64,000 nucleotides of DNA. It comes from Octopus vulgaris. Lineage: Eukaryota. The position numbers and the translations under genes are program-made. Where the stretch lies: assembly GCA_951406725.2 (NCBI GenBank), contig OX597826.1, forward strand, positions 27,094,001 through 27,158,000, read 5' to 3'. Below are positions 1 to 13,739 of the stretch, in pieces. Position 1 is the first letter of the stretch. Each line of letters starts with the position of its first letter. A model generated the notes under the pieces. It was not told the DNA's origin. It was given only the letters and a program-made list of their open reading frames with translations, and ran no database searches.

Positions 1-23
1 ATGTAAAGAAATGCTTATTTTGA

Positions 24-67
<44 letters not shown>

Positions 68-123
68 AGATATGTATATATATGTATATATATATGTTTA
101 TATATATATGTATATACATATAT

Positions 124-188
<65 letters not shown>

Positions 189-190
<2 letters not shown>

Positions 191-726
191 TCGTCTTATC
201 AATAAGTATTCGAATAAGTAACGAAATAAGTGCACACAGAGTGAAGCCTCTTGCCACAGATTTACGTTAATGTCTACTCTCTCTGCATGAGCACTGAGTT
301 TTAACGTTTTAGCTCACTTCCGCTGTTTAGGGCTGGACTTGAAAGGAAGGTGTGTAACGTGTGATCGTCGCACGCACATCTGCGACGCTTTTCTCAGTCC
401 TGTTGTTTACGGGTCTCTCAGAACTTCCTTCAACATCGACATTTTCCCAGCCATCTTGGAAACGTTTAAACCACATGTACACTTGTAAGCGGCTCATACA
501 CTCCTCTCCATACACTTTTTGGAACTTTGCGTAGGCCTCTGAGCAGGTATCGCTTTCTCTGTCATGGTTAATGCGACAATCACACGCTACACACGTTACT
601 TCCAAAGAGCGAAAGTAAGCTAGAACGTTACAACTGAGTGCGCATGCACAGCAGAGTTCAATGTTTAATATTTGCCTACCGGCTTCACTCAACCTGCTTT
701 AGCATCGTTACTATGGCAATAGTCCA
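189..726. mobile_element. Non-autonomous mariner derivative made of two inverted 5' ends
   Basis: The minus arm (726->~370) encodes the mariner transposase N-terminal HTH (EAYAKFQKVYGEECMSRLQVYMWFKRFQDG..RP). The plus arm 189-~372 is a second copy of the same TIR/5' leader. Same family as 4619-5418; flanked by (TA)n. Confidence 0.85.
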
Positions 727-745
727 TATACATATATATATATAA

Positions 746-789
<44 letters not shown>

Positions 790-1864
790 AAGAAAGAGAT
801 CTTAGCTATTTGAGTGAGTGAACAAATGTTAGCAGATATAAAGGAAAAAAGAATGTGTGAATGAAATAAAAAGAATAAAGTAAGAAAGAGAAAGATGTAA
901 CTTTTAGCTATATCGGTGATTGAATTACGGGAAACAAAATCGATTTTACAAAACTATTGGTCCTAAATCTTTTTCAGTGGTCACCGTGGTCAACGTACTC
1001 TAAACCAAATAAATATTAAATTTATTTTAAAATTGAACGAATTGCTGTTACCTGTTCGTTGGTATAAATTAGTGCGGGTTTTCAGAAGTTCCGGATATTA
1101 GGACTCCGGAAAATCGATGTTGTATCTGGAATTGTATAGATATAAAAGAACGTAGAAAACTAAGCTACTCATTTGATAGAAATAAAGAAAGAATGACGAA
1201 GAAAGAAGCAAAGAATGAAGAGAATAGTAATTTAATGAATGAAATAAGCAATTTTATAAAGATTAAAATATAAAAAATATAGGGTAATTGTGTGAAAATA
1301 ACAAATAAAGAAATACGTAAACCAAGAAAGAAAGAGTTTACAGAAAATAAGACCGAAGGAAAGAAAGAAAACAAAGGAAAAAGAAAGAAAACGGGAGTAT
1401 TTAAGTGAATGAAATGTAGAGAGAAAAATGTTAAAAACAATGAAGGATATAAAATAAATTTATAAATATATAAAAGTTGGCAATTTAAAAGCAGTGAATA
1501 AATATATAAACAATCTTATATAAAAAATAACGAATGAAAAAGAAAGAGAGAAAAAAATAAAGAAAAATGCGGGAAAAGGAATGAAAGGAGAATAAGATCG
1601 GTGAACATGAAATGAGAGATGAATGATGGAGTAAAACAAAACAATGTTGAAAGAAGGGAAGAAAATTAGCATAAATATTATTTACATAAAACAATAAGAA
1701 TGACAACAATAACGTAAGATTATACACATATATATATATATATGTATGTGTATGGTTGTGTGTATGTGTATATATGCATATATATGTGTATATATACATG
1801 CTTATATATATGTATGTATATGTATATATATATATATTTACATATATATATATGTATATATATG

Positions 1865-1931
<67 letters not shown>

Positions 1932-2019
1932 GCACAGACGTATACACACGCAAACATATATGTGTATGACTATGTGTGCGTGTTACACAAACACAGAATC
2001 ATAGGAATATAATTAGAAA

Positions 2020-2065
<46 letters not shown>

Positions 2066-2187
2066 TAGAGGGCTGGGAGAGAGGCGGAGAGACAGAAAGA
2101 AGGAGAGAGGGTGAATGAAAGAGGTGGGGAGTCAAAAAGCGGGTTAGATAATACATACACATAGCATATACAAATATCGGCACATGC

Positions 2188-2220
<33 letters not shown>

Positions 2221-2278
2221 TGTATGTATGTATACGCTTGTATGAATGATTGTATATATAAACACACACACACACACG

Positions 2279-2324
<46 letters not shown>

Positions 2325-2502
2325 TGTACATATACAGGCACAAACGCATATGCGCATGGTGGAGAGAGACAGGGTGACAGAGGGAGACAGAAAGACTAAG
2401 CTATAATGAGGGACGAGAAAGACGGCTGGGATTAAGCAAGAAAAACTTGATGATACAATAGAGACAGTTGACGTGTTAGGGTTGTGACTCGATTATAGTG
2501 TT

Positions 2503-2550
<48 letters not shown>

Positions 2551-2718
2551 GCTTTCTGTGTGTGTGTGGCTGTATGGCTTTGTATGTGTGTGTGTGGCTT
2601 TGTATGTGGGTGTGTATTTGTGTTTGGGGATGCGGAGGAATATATGCAAATTAGCAACATCTGTCATTGTCCGCTGGACACTATGCCATATGACAGTCTT
2701 GTCTGATGGAATATATGC

Positions 2719-2756
<38 letters not shown>

Positions 2757-2890
2757 GAGGGAGAAAGAGAGAGGGAATAGCTTGCCTCGCCGCTTTACTA
2801 ACAAGGGTCGAATCAATGTATGAATGAACGAACGAATGTGTTTGCGTGTAGAAGCAGCAGCAGCAGCAGTAGTAGCAGGAATAGTAGCAG

Positions 2891-2965
<75 letters not shown>

Positions 2966-3174
2966 CTGTAGTAGTAGTAATAGTTAGAGCAGCAGTAGTA
3001 GTAATAGTAGTGACAGAGCGGTGGAAAACGAACGCATACAGTAATACAAATACTTACATACATACACCCATACATACATACATACATACATACATACATG
3101 TATTCACACTACAGACAAGCGAAGAAAAACAGCAGTAACAACAACAATAAGGATAGCAGCGATATTGTCATGAA

Positions 3175-3225
<51 letters not shown>

Positions 3226-3624
3226 GGGAGGTATGGTGGTAGAAAGATTAAGAGTGTGTGTGTGTGAGAGAGAGAGGGAGAGTAATAGGGCGGGAGGGAA
3301 TGTTGCGTGTGTTTAGGGATGAAATGGAAATGAGACGTAATTTAAATAATTGTTGAGAAAGCAGTAGAAAATTATGGTTACAATAGAGAGTGTGTGAAGA
3401 GAGAAAGAGAGAAGAGAGGAGAGAGAAGATAGTATGAGTGATAGATCGAGGGTGTGGAAGGGTGGGAGAGGGAGAGAGAGAGAGACGTTAATGCGCCGGT
3501 AAGAGAAAAAAATAAACGCTTGGTATATACTAGAGGGGTGAAAATTTAAATGTATGCGTGTGTGTGTGTGTGTGAGCGCATGCATATATACACTCATATA
3601 TATACATATATATGTATATATATT

Positions 3625-3680
<56 letters not shown>

Positions 3681-4309
3681 TATATATATAATCGTATATA
3701 TGTATCCATGTATATATATATATATATATCCATATATATATATCCATATATATATATATGCATGTATATAGTGTGTGTGTATGTATGTATATATATACGT
3801 TCATATAAACACATATGTATGTTGCGTACGTGTCATATATATGTATGTATATGTGTGTGTATGCCTGTATACATATACGCATGTGTGCTTGTGAGAGAGA
3901 ATTCTTATATTCATGCGTATGTATGAGTGTAATATATTTATTCATATCATTTTCTGCCAATATTGCAAATACATATCCGGGTAAAGTAACTAAGCAAATG
4001 GACCTCGGTCGATGTCGACGATAAATATTCAATTCCTTCGAACAACGGGGCAACAGGCTCATCGAATTGAGTGTATCTGTAGCTAAATATACTAAGAACA
4101 GGTGCACCGGCAGCGTAACCATCAGACAATATCAAAAGCTGCAGAAAATGAAAAAATACTGTTTCTTTCACTTGAAGGCATAGGGCCATTCGACGAAGTC
4201 AGCCATAGTTTTGCGCACACACACACATAAATGCACACGCACATGCAGTCAGACATACATACACACACACATACACAAACACACATATGCATACATATCT
4301 ACACATATA

Positions 4310-4570
4310 TGGTTCAGTAGTTAGAGAGTTGGGCTCTTAAACGTAAGGTAGAGAGTTCGATTCCGGGATCGGTCTGTGTGCTGTGCTCTTGAGCAAGATA
4401 CTTTATTTCACGTTACTCTAGTTCACTCAGCTGTAGAAATAAGTTGCACCGTCACTGGTGCCAAGCTGTATCGGCCCCTTTGCCTTTTCCTTGGATAACA
4501 TCGGTGGCATGGAGAAGGGAACTTTTTAAGTGCAATCCCATGGTCATTCATGAGTGAAGAGTGTCTTTTA
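4310..4570 (+). mobile_element. tRNA-derived SINE (family C), internally deleted
   Basis: A-box-like GGTTCAGTAGTTAG, B box GAGTTCGATTCC, then TGTGCTCTTGAGCAAGATACTTTATTTCAC...CTCAGCTGTAGAAAT. Homologous to 41770-42215. Confidence 0.75.
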
Positions 4571-4618
4571 CATGTATATATTCATAGATACACACACACA
4601 CACGCAAGCGTGTATATA

Positions 4619-5417
4619 CTAGGTCTGATCAATGAGTATGCGGACTGCTGCCATAGTAACGAAGCTAAAGCAAGGCTGAGTGAAGCTGGACTAAGGTTTA
4701 ACATGCTAGCTCACTTCCATTATTTACAGTTGTGCTTGGATGTAACGTATGTAGCGCCTGATGGTCGCATTTACCACGACAAAGAAAGTTGTCATGGTGA
4801 TACCTGCTAAGGTACCTACGGAAAGTTACAGAAAGTGTATGGAGAGGAGTGTATGATTCACATAGACGTGTACGAGTGGTTCAGATGTTATCAACATGCC
4901 TGAAAAATGTCGATATTGATGAAGGTTCTGGGAGACCCGCAACCATCAGATCTGAGAAAAAACATCGCAGATGTGCAGATTATTTACAGTTTAGTTCAGT
5001 CCATTATCACAGAAAGTTTGGGTATCAGACGCGTGTCTGCCAAGTTTGTACCAAAACTGCTTTCGTCAGTTGACCAAAAAGAGACTCAGTTTCGGTTGTA
5101 CAAAATCTTGATAGGTTAGAGAACGATGAAAACTTTCTGAAAACTTTGCGTAGGCCTCTGAGCAGGTATCGCCAAGTTTTTGGCGAAATCTGATGCAAAT
5201 TCTCTGCATAACTTTTTCTGTCATGTTCAGTGCGACGATCGTGTGCTACACAAGCATCTTCTAAGCACTGCTGTAAAGAGAGGAAGTAAGTTAGGACGTT
5301 AAAACTTAGTGCGCATGGACAGCAGAGTTCAAGGTCAATCTGTGCCAAACGGCTTTACTGTGCGTGCTTTAGCATCGTTACTATAGCAATAGTCCGGATA
5401 CTTATTGATCAGTTCAA

Positions 5418-5418
<1 letters not shown>
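4619..5418. mobile_element. Non-autonomous mariner derivative with long inverted arms (two 5' ends)
   Basis: TIRs CTAGGTCTGATCAATGAGTATGCGGAC / GTCCGGATACTTATTGATCAGTTCAAG with TA on both sides. The plus strand carries frameshifted transposase (..DEGSGRP.., IITESLGIRRVSAKFVPKLL, RLENDENFLKT). 5132-5418 is an inverted second 5' end. Confidence 0.9.
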
Positions 5419-5464
<46 letters not shown>

Positions 5465-5960
5465 TATATTTGTATATATATATTTATATATATATATTTG
5501 TATATATATATTTATATATATATATTTGTATATATATATTTATATATATATATTTGTATATATATATATTTATATATATATGTTTGTATATATATATTTA
5601 TATATACATATTTGTATATATATATTTTAAATTTATAAGTTTAAATTATTTTAATAATTTTTTAATTTTTAACTTTTATATTTTTAAATTAATTTTATGT
5701 ATTGGCTTATGTTTTTCACTGTTTGATTTGCCTAATAGTGGTTTTTATCTCTAATTTAATATAATATATATATATATATATATATATAACAATTGCAGCG
5801 TGGAAGGTGTTTAAAAGCCATTTAAGAAACACACAAAAGCCGTTCGATATATATAAATTCGATATATATAAATTTACATCTAATGTAGTATAAAATTTTT
5901 TCGAAACAAAAAATTTTATCAATGGCCAGCATATCAAAAAATGCCTTTAAAGTTTAAATT

Positions 5961-6372
5961 TATAAACAACTTATAAATAAAAGCAAACGAAAAATTTTCT
6001 AATGCCAAAATATGCCGAAATTGGATACATTGTCCATAGCCATATAATTTATCCCAAATAAGCACACTACTCGAAAAAGCTCGACAGAAAATTCTAAAAT
6101 ATTCCGTTATTGCCATATCGGACCGATTTCAAGGTTAGTTCATATGAACCCTCCCTTCGTCAGTGATAAATGCAGAAAAAGAAATAAATGAAATATTTAC
6201 TCATACCCATGGGTATGAGTAAGTATTGCAATAACGGAATTTTTCAGAAATTTCTGTCGAGCTTTTTCGAATAGCGTGCTTATTTGTGATAAATTATATG
6301 GTTATGGACAATGTGTCCAGTTTTGGCATATTTGGCATTAGAAATTTTTTCGTTTGCCCTTATTTATAAGTT

Positions 6373-6379
<7 letters not shown>
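5961..6379. repeat. Fold-back element (~157-bp inverted arms) containing a hammerhead; PLE pLTR-like
   Basis: 5961-6117 is the reverse complement (diverged) of 6223-6379. Perfect 26-bp palindrome TTACTCATACCCATGGGTATGAGTAA at 6197-6222. Right end runs directly into (TA)n. Confidence 0.85.
6116..6168 (-). ncRNA. Type I hammerhead ribozyme motif (slightly decayed)
   Basis: Minus strand reads TATCA-CTGACGA-AGGgagGGTTCatatGAACtaaCCTT-GAAA-TCGG-TC-CGATA. Core intact, GUC site, one mismatch in helix I, helix III loop near-palindromic (T/C)CGG. Confidence 0.7.
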
Positions 6380-6429
<50 letters not shown>

Positions 6430-6554
6430 AAGAATTCCAACCTTGTCTGATTTTCACGTTTTATTTACAATCTTATAATGATATATTATAAGATAATATA
6501 TTATAATTGAATAAAATAAAATGAAATAGTAGAATGTTAAATATTCATTCTGAT

Positions 6555-6599
6555 TGAACTAGTACTTTCATGCATTGAATTCTGCAATCTTCGGGTTCA
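6555..6599 (-). ncRNA. Minimal type I hammerhead motif with CCGAAGA core variant
   Basis: Minus strand reads TGAAC-CCGAAGA-tTGCAgaattcaaTGCAt-GAAA-GTAC-TA-GTTCA: 5-bp helix I, 4-bp helix II, palindromic GTAC helix III, CUA site. Lies in a ~200-bp element (6425-6615) between (TA)n tracts with downstream AATAAA. Confidence 0.7.
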
Positions 6600-6691
6600 T
6601 GTAGTAGTGTTGATATATATATACATACATACATACATACATACATACATACATACATACATACATACATACATGCATATATATATATATG

Positions 6692-6728
<37 letters not shown>

Positions 6729-6730
<2 letters not shown>

Positions 6731-7007
6731 AGGTGGCTCAAAAGTAGGTTTACAGTTAATCAACTATCTCTTGATGCAGATCGGAATTTGTGCCGCACTG
6801 TGTGTGTCACAATGTTCTCAAAAGGTTTGATGAATGTTGCAGTGCTCGAAGAGGATATTTTGAGCATCTGTGGAATTAAAAATTGTCTGGTTAAGATGTG
6901 CATAAATAATATGATTGTAATATAGAAATTTAAATGTGATTAAATGTTTTTAAAAGAAATTTTAGGTGCCTACGTGATAAATGTAAACCAACTTTTGGGC
7001 CACCCTG
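6729..7007. mobile_element. Tc1/mariner-superfamily MITE
   Basis: ~26-bp TIRs CAAGGTGGCTCAAAAGTAGGTTTACA / TGTAAACCAACTTTTGGGCCACCCTG, inserted in (TA)n. Confidence 0.85.
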
Positions 7008-7055
<48 letters not shown>

Positions 7056-7107
7056 GCATACCTACATACATACATACATACATATAATAATAATAATAAT
7101 AATGATA

Positions 7108-7565
7108 GACGACCAAGGCCTTGTGAGGAAATTTAGTGGACGGAGAATTCTGTGTATGTATGTATGTATGTATGTATGTATGTATGTATGTATAAGCTTC
7201 GTGCAATGGCCATACTCGATAACGAGGGGGGCAGCCATAATAATGTATGTATGTATGTATGTATGTATGTATGTATGTATGTATGTATGTATGTATGTAT
7301 GTATGTATGTATGTTTGTATGTATGCATATGTATATGTATATACCGATATATGTCTGTTTTTGTTTGAGTGTTTTACTCCTACAATCGCTTGGAAACCGT
7401 GATATTTTATTCGCATCCCGTAACTTGGCGGTTCGTTAAATGAGACCGATAGAATAAGTACCAGGTTTTTAAAGCAATAAGTGCAGGGATTGATTCGTTC
7501 TACAGAACACGTCAAGGCAATGCACCAGCATGGCAACAGTCCAACGAGCGAAGCAAGTAAAAGAT
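7108..7565 (+). mobile_element. SINE family A, 5'-truncated, with internal (TATG)n
   Basis: GACCAAGGCCTTGTGAG..., microsatellite, then CCCGTAACTTGGCGGTTCG...GATAGAATAAGTAC...CCAGCATGGC tail. Homologous to 51765-52220. Confidence 0.75.
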
Positions 7566-7829
7566 ATATATAAATATAAAATAATAAATAATTGGACATT
7601 ATTAATTTCGGAAACGTTAGTGAGTGGCGCGTCACACAAAATCCTTAGCGACATGTGCTCCGGTTTTACATTCTGAGATAAGATCTCACTGATTTTGATT
7701 TTGGCTTACATTCTCTCGGAGTCAATAAAGAACTAGTCGAACACGGAGTGGCATGTAATTGACGTACCCTTTCTCCTAAACTTAATCTATTACTGCTTTT
7801 ATCATCATCATCATTGTCATTACCATCAA

Positions 7830-7909
<80 letters not shown>

Positions 7910-8248
7910 CTACTACTACTACTACTACTACTACAAACTCTGCTGCGCCTAATCGCTGATGACGGCTTCATTGCAATATTTCGTTGCATCAGTTTCATAT
8001 CCTAAGGACATCGACCTTAGAAGTACAAAGGAAATCTTGTATCGATTTGTTCCTGTTTGAACGCGTGGGTGCGCGTGCGTGCTTGTGTTTGTTTCTGTGT
8101 TTGTGTGTATGTGTGTGCTTGATTGGGAGCGTATACGTGTGTGTGTGTGCGTGCTGATAATGTATCCAGGTAGCATTCCTGTTTCTTAAAAAATGTTCAT
8201 TATGTGTCAAATACTCATTTTTTTTGCTGCATTCCACTGTTTGCACAC

Positions 8249-8320
<72 letters not shown>

Positions 8321-8400
8321 AGCAGAAAAATTCTTTTTTAGTTATACTGTGTGACACAGTGGCTTCCAACTATTTTTGCGCTTTACACGCTTAGAAAATA

Positions 8401-8758
8401 CAGTGATATCTCTCAGTACAAGTTTAATTCGTTCCACGACCGATTTATTCGTTTTACAAATCATTTTTTCTAATTAAAATTAACTAAAATATAATTAATC
8501 CGTTCCAGCCCCGCAAAAATCACTCGAAACAATTTTTTATGGTTTTACAACAGAAAACGCGTAGTTACAATTAAAATGACAATTACGGAAAAGAGAATGC
8601 GAAAAACATATGTAAACTGGTTTTATTAATTGAATTACTTTAAAGATGGGACGATCTGCGGATTTCCGCTCGTAATTCAAGGCATAAATTTGCACGAGTG
8701 TCGGCTCGTACACCAACTTACTCGTTTACTGGGGAACTCGTACTGCCAGATACTACTG
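8401..8758. mobile_element. pogo/Tigger-like MITE
   Basis: Imperfect 24-bp TIRs CAGTGATATCTCTCAGTACAAGTT / AACTCGTACTGCCAGATACTACTG; TA at left end. Confidence 0.7.
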
Positions 8759-8785
8759 TGTTTCATCAATATTTACCAACCATGA

Positions 8786-9280
8786 GGTGGTAAGCTGGCA
8801 GAAACGTTAGCACGCCGGGCGAAATGCTTAGCGGTATTTCGTCTGCCGTTACGTTCTGAGTTCAAATTCCGTTGAGGTCGACTTTGTCCTTTCGGGGTCG
8901 ATTAGATAAGTACCAGTTATGCATCCGTGTGTCTGTCCTTGTTTGCCCTCTCTGTGTTTAGCTCCTTGTGGGTAGTAAAGAAATAGGTATTTCGTCTGTC
9001 GCTACATTCTGAGTTCAAATTCCGCCGAGGTCAACTTTGTCTTTCATCCTATCGTGGTCGATTAAATAAATACCAGTTGCGCACTGGGATCGATATAATC
9101 GACTTAATCCGTTTGTCTGTCCTTGTTTGTCCCTTCTGTGTTTAGCCCCTTGTGGGTAGTAAAGCAATAGGTATTTCGTCTGCCGTTACGTTCTGAGTTC
9201 AAATTCTGCCGAGGTCGACTTTGCCTTTCATTCTTTCGGGGTCGATAAATTAAGTACCAGTTACATACTGGGGTCGATCT
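8786..9280 (+). mobile_element. SINE family B (Nin-domain-like), trimeric copy
   Basis: Head GGTAAGCTGGCAGAAACGTTAG, B box GAGTTCAAATTCC, GCCTTTCATCCTTTCGGGGTCGATAAATTAAGTACC-type domain. The module starting GGTATTTCGTCTG recurs three times. Confidence 0.85.
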
Positions 9281-9934
9281 AACATAGTACTATCGCTAGA
9301 CAGCTATGTAGATAAGAGTACACCTAAACGTTTAAATATATTAAATATGGTAATATATCTTATTTTAATTCCCTCAGTCATTACACAATGTTTCATATGT
9401 CTAGCACTCACCAGTGGTAAATAGAGAAAGGCATCAATCAAGATGTCCGTTGTTTACTGTAATTTTACACATTGCATAAATCGTACCGGCAAAAAACGAA
9501 ACTGGTTGACATTTTTCTATGATATGCCAGAATGAAATGTACTGAAAAAGAAATATTTCGGATGAGTTATTAATGGTATTTCCACGTGGTAAATAACTGT
9601 TAACATAATAATTTCTATCATGATATGCTACCTATTTGTAGGTATTTATTACGAGTTAAGAAAGATCAACTTCATATTTTTGTAACTAATTACTTTCCCT
9701 GGTTTCATAGAAAGGTAACACCTCATTTCATTCTTGTGTTTCCCGCTCGTTCTACTTTTCACTGTGGTTAGGCAATCTTCATAAATCCAGAGAGTCAAGA
9801 AGCAGAATTCGTGCGCTGTATGAAGAAGAGGGACACTGAAATGTCGTCCGTATTAATGCCTTATATAATGAAAAAGTGATTCATGTGATTGGCTGACATC
9901 AGTAACGTGAATAAACATCACCCTACACCATATG

Positions 9935-10068
<134 letters not shown>

Positions 10069-10609
10069 CATGTATGTATGCATGTATGTATGTATATATG
10101 TATGTATATATAATATGTATGTATGTATGTATTTACTGCCTGCCACACACACATATACATATGTATATTAACTAATTGATTGATTGATTGATTGATTCGC
10201 TGATTGATGGTTGTCCATTGACCATTGCCCAAGCAAAATGCCAGTAATACCCATGCATGACATCATTGCATACGAATTCGGTTTCGCATCAGTTCGCGCA
10301 GCGGCTTCCGTGCTGATCAACCGGGCATCCGAATGTCGCCTTACCGACGATTGCACAACCTAGAATTTTAGGAACAATAAGGCCTACAAAACATTTCACA
10401 GACCATGTATGTTCTACAAACACGATCCAAGGACAACCTAGGGCAAGATATTTTGTGCCAATATTTTGTGCAGGTGAAAGAAATCGGAAGGTTGGGCTCA
10501 CAACTAGGGCTTTTGCAACACCCCTAAAACCAGGAACCCCACCACATATATATGTGTGTGTATGTACGTATGTGTGCTTGTGTGTGTGTATATATATATA
10601 TATACAAAC

Positions 10610-10712
<103 letters not shown>

Positions 10713-11964
10713 TATATACATATATATATATAAATATATAATATATATTTACGCACATACATGCATACATGTGGTTGTTTACTCTTTATACAGAGTTTGA
10801 CCACCTCTTGTACTTACACCTTAGATATGTCATGGCGCCTGACGCGGCGTTTTGAACCTGAAAATGTTTTGAAAAGACACCCACATACATTGCGTATCAG
10901 CTTTGGACCACCAAGAACTGCCGTTAAGTTCTGATTTTTGTGGAATTTAAAATGTCTTTTAAGGCCTGCATCAGAATAGCAGACGTTATGATATATACGT
11001 CATTGACAGGTATGCACAGGTATAAATAGGCAGAGTAATTAGTGAAGCTTCGTTTAACATGGGTCCGCAAATACCTACCTACCTACCTACCTACCTACCT
11101 ACCTACCTACCTACCTACCTACCTACCTACCTACTTACCTACCTACCTACATACATACATACACACATACATACATACATACATACATACATACATAAGT
11201 AAATAATCAGAAGTAATCTTAAATGCGGAATATCCATATTCAAGGGATTGTAACGTTTACCTTGTACACGTATGTGCAGAGTCAGTGAAACCTTGAGGAT
11301 AGTGCTGAAGCAAGGCTATTCCACACAAAGACATGATTCTCTATCTCCCTAATATCTAAGACTTTAATTATCTTTTGAAAAATGCCATAATCTGATGAGT
11401 GTTTTTACTTGACCATATTTTCAAACATCATTTTTGTGATCTATGCTTCTTTACCAGGATACAATATTTCGATTGCCTTATTTAACATTAGCTTATTGTT
11501 TCGTTAAACAGGGACTTTAATATGTATTGAATTTAATGTGCGAGTGAATACGCAAACACACACACACTCACACACAAACACACACACACACACACATACA
11601 CACACACACACACACGCACGCACGCACGCACGCACGCACACCCACACGAGAGTTAAGAAATGGAGTAGATAACCGTTCGCCTCAATAAACACCTATTGTT
11701 CCCGAAATTTGATTTTTTATATACTACTCATCGCTTGAAGTTAACTTTCTTCCTACATCTCGATCCTTGGATCTTATATATGTGTGCGTGTGTGTGAGTG
11801 TATGTGTGTGTATGCATATATATATGTGTGTGTGTTTGTATGCATATATATATATAGATTTATATGTATACACATGTATATATGGTATAGATATTTTTCA
11901 TATGTATATATACATATTACACACACACATACACATATATATACACATACATACATGCGTTGGT

Positions 11965-12039
<75 letters not shown>

Positions 12040-12399
12040 AATATACATATACATACATATATATATATACGTGTGTATATATATATATATATGAGTACAT
12101 GCATATATATACATGTACATGCGTACATACATATGTACATATATACAAGCATTCTAAGTATAGAATACAATGAGATTGAGGAAGACGGTGTGAAGATATC
12201 ATCACCAAACAAGAGGCTAGCCTTGTGAAGAATTCTAAGATACGAAGGGATATATAATTAAGGATTGTAACACAGATTAACTGACAGAAGCAGAGAAACA
12301 TTGGCCGAATGGGAAGATATGAAGAGTGAGAGAGAGAGATATACAAGGACAGGGAGAATGGTTGTGTGATAGCGAGGGAGGTTTTGGAGTGCATGCCCA

Positions 12400-12441
<42 letters not shown>

Positions 12442-12740
12442 GATTAAAGAGAGACGGGGCGTGCAAGGACGCATTGGATGGCGACAATTTGCGTTCTACG
12501 GACATTCTTACAAACTAAAACGTTATCGCTGCACACTTATAGAAAGCGACAACTGAGATATGCATGTCTATTGATAGAAAGAAAATACGGAGTGAACGAT
12601 GTAAAAGTAGAAACCGCAGACAAATAGCGAAGAGACAGAGAGATAGAGAGAGAGAGAGAGAAGGTAAAAGAGATTTAGAGAGAGAGAGAGAGAGAAAGAA
12701 TGAGAGTGAGAGACTAACAGATGGAGACATAATAACAAGC

Positions 12741-12778
<38 letters not shown>

Positions 12779-13107
12779 GAGATGTGAAGAGATGAGGGAA
12801 CACTGTATTTGAATGGCAGGCTATTATATTTCAGAACAAAGACAACCCTCTCCTTCTCTCTCTCTCTCTTCCCATCTCTATCTCTCACACATATACATGC
12901 TCACAGCCACACACATACACACAAAGGGACAACATCTTCCTCCTACACACACATACACACAACCTAAAGCGACAAACTATCCTTCCCAGCTTTTACTAGA
13001 TTTTCTTTGACAGACAATTATAACACCAACATTATGGAATATTAATACTGTCTGCGAGTAAAACACCAAACAATACGTGAATACATTAAATGTGCGTGCG
13101 TTCGGGT

Positions 13108-13148
<41 letters not shown>

Positions 13149-13501
13149 TGTGCGTGCGTGCGTGTACTTCTACTTGGGAAGATTACAAGATTACAGTCAC
13201 ACCCCGTCGTCGACTAAGAGCTGAACGACGGATAGACTACACACACAGACACACACACACACACACACACATACAAACACACACACACATACAAACACAC
13301 ATACACATATTCAGAGTAAAATATACTCACGTTTACGTGTGTGTGCGGGTGTATTCAAACCTCGGCGGTATTGTATGCATGTATGTATGTGTGTGTGTAT
13401 GTATGTATGTAAGCATGAGTTTACATATATGTATATATGGATGCGTGTAAATATTTATATGTATGTAAGCATTTTTGTACGTATGTATTTATCTTCGCAT
13501 A

Positions 13502-13544
<43 letters not shown>

Positions 13545-13692
13545 TTTTATACATACATAGATTTAATATATATATATCCAGTTATCTACCTACCCGTCTG
13601 TCTGTCTATGTATGTATACATTTATATATGTATGTATGTATGTATATATGTGTGTGTATGTGTATTTATATGTTGTGTGCGGGTGTTTGAGA

Positions 13693-13739
<47 letters not shown>

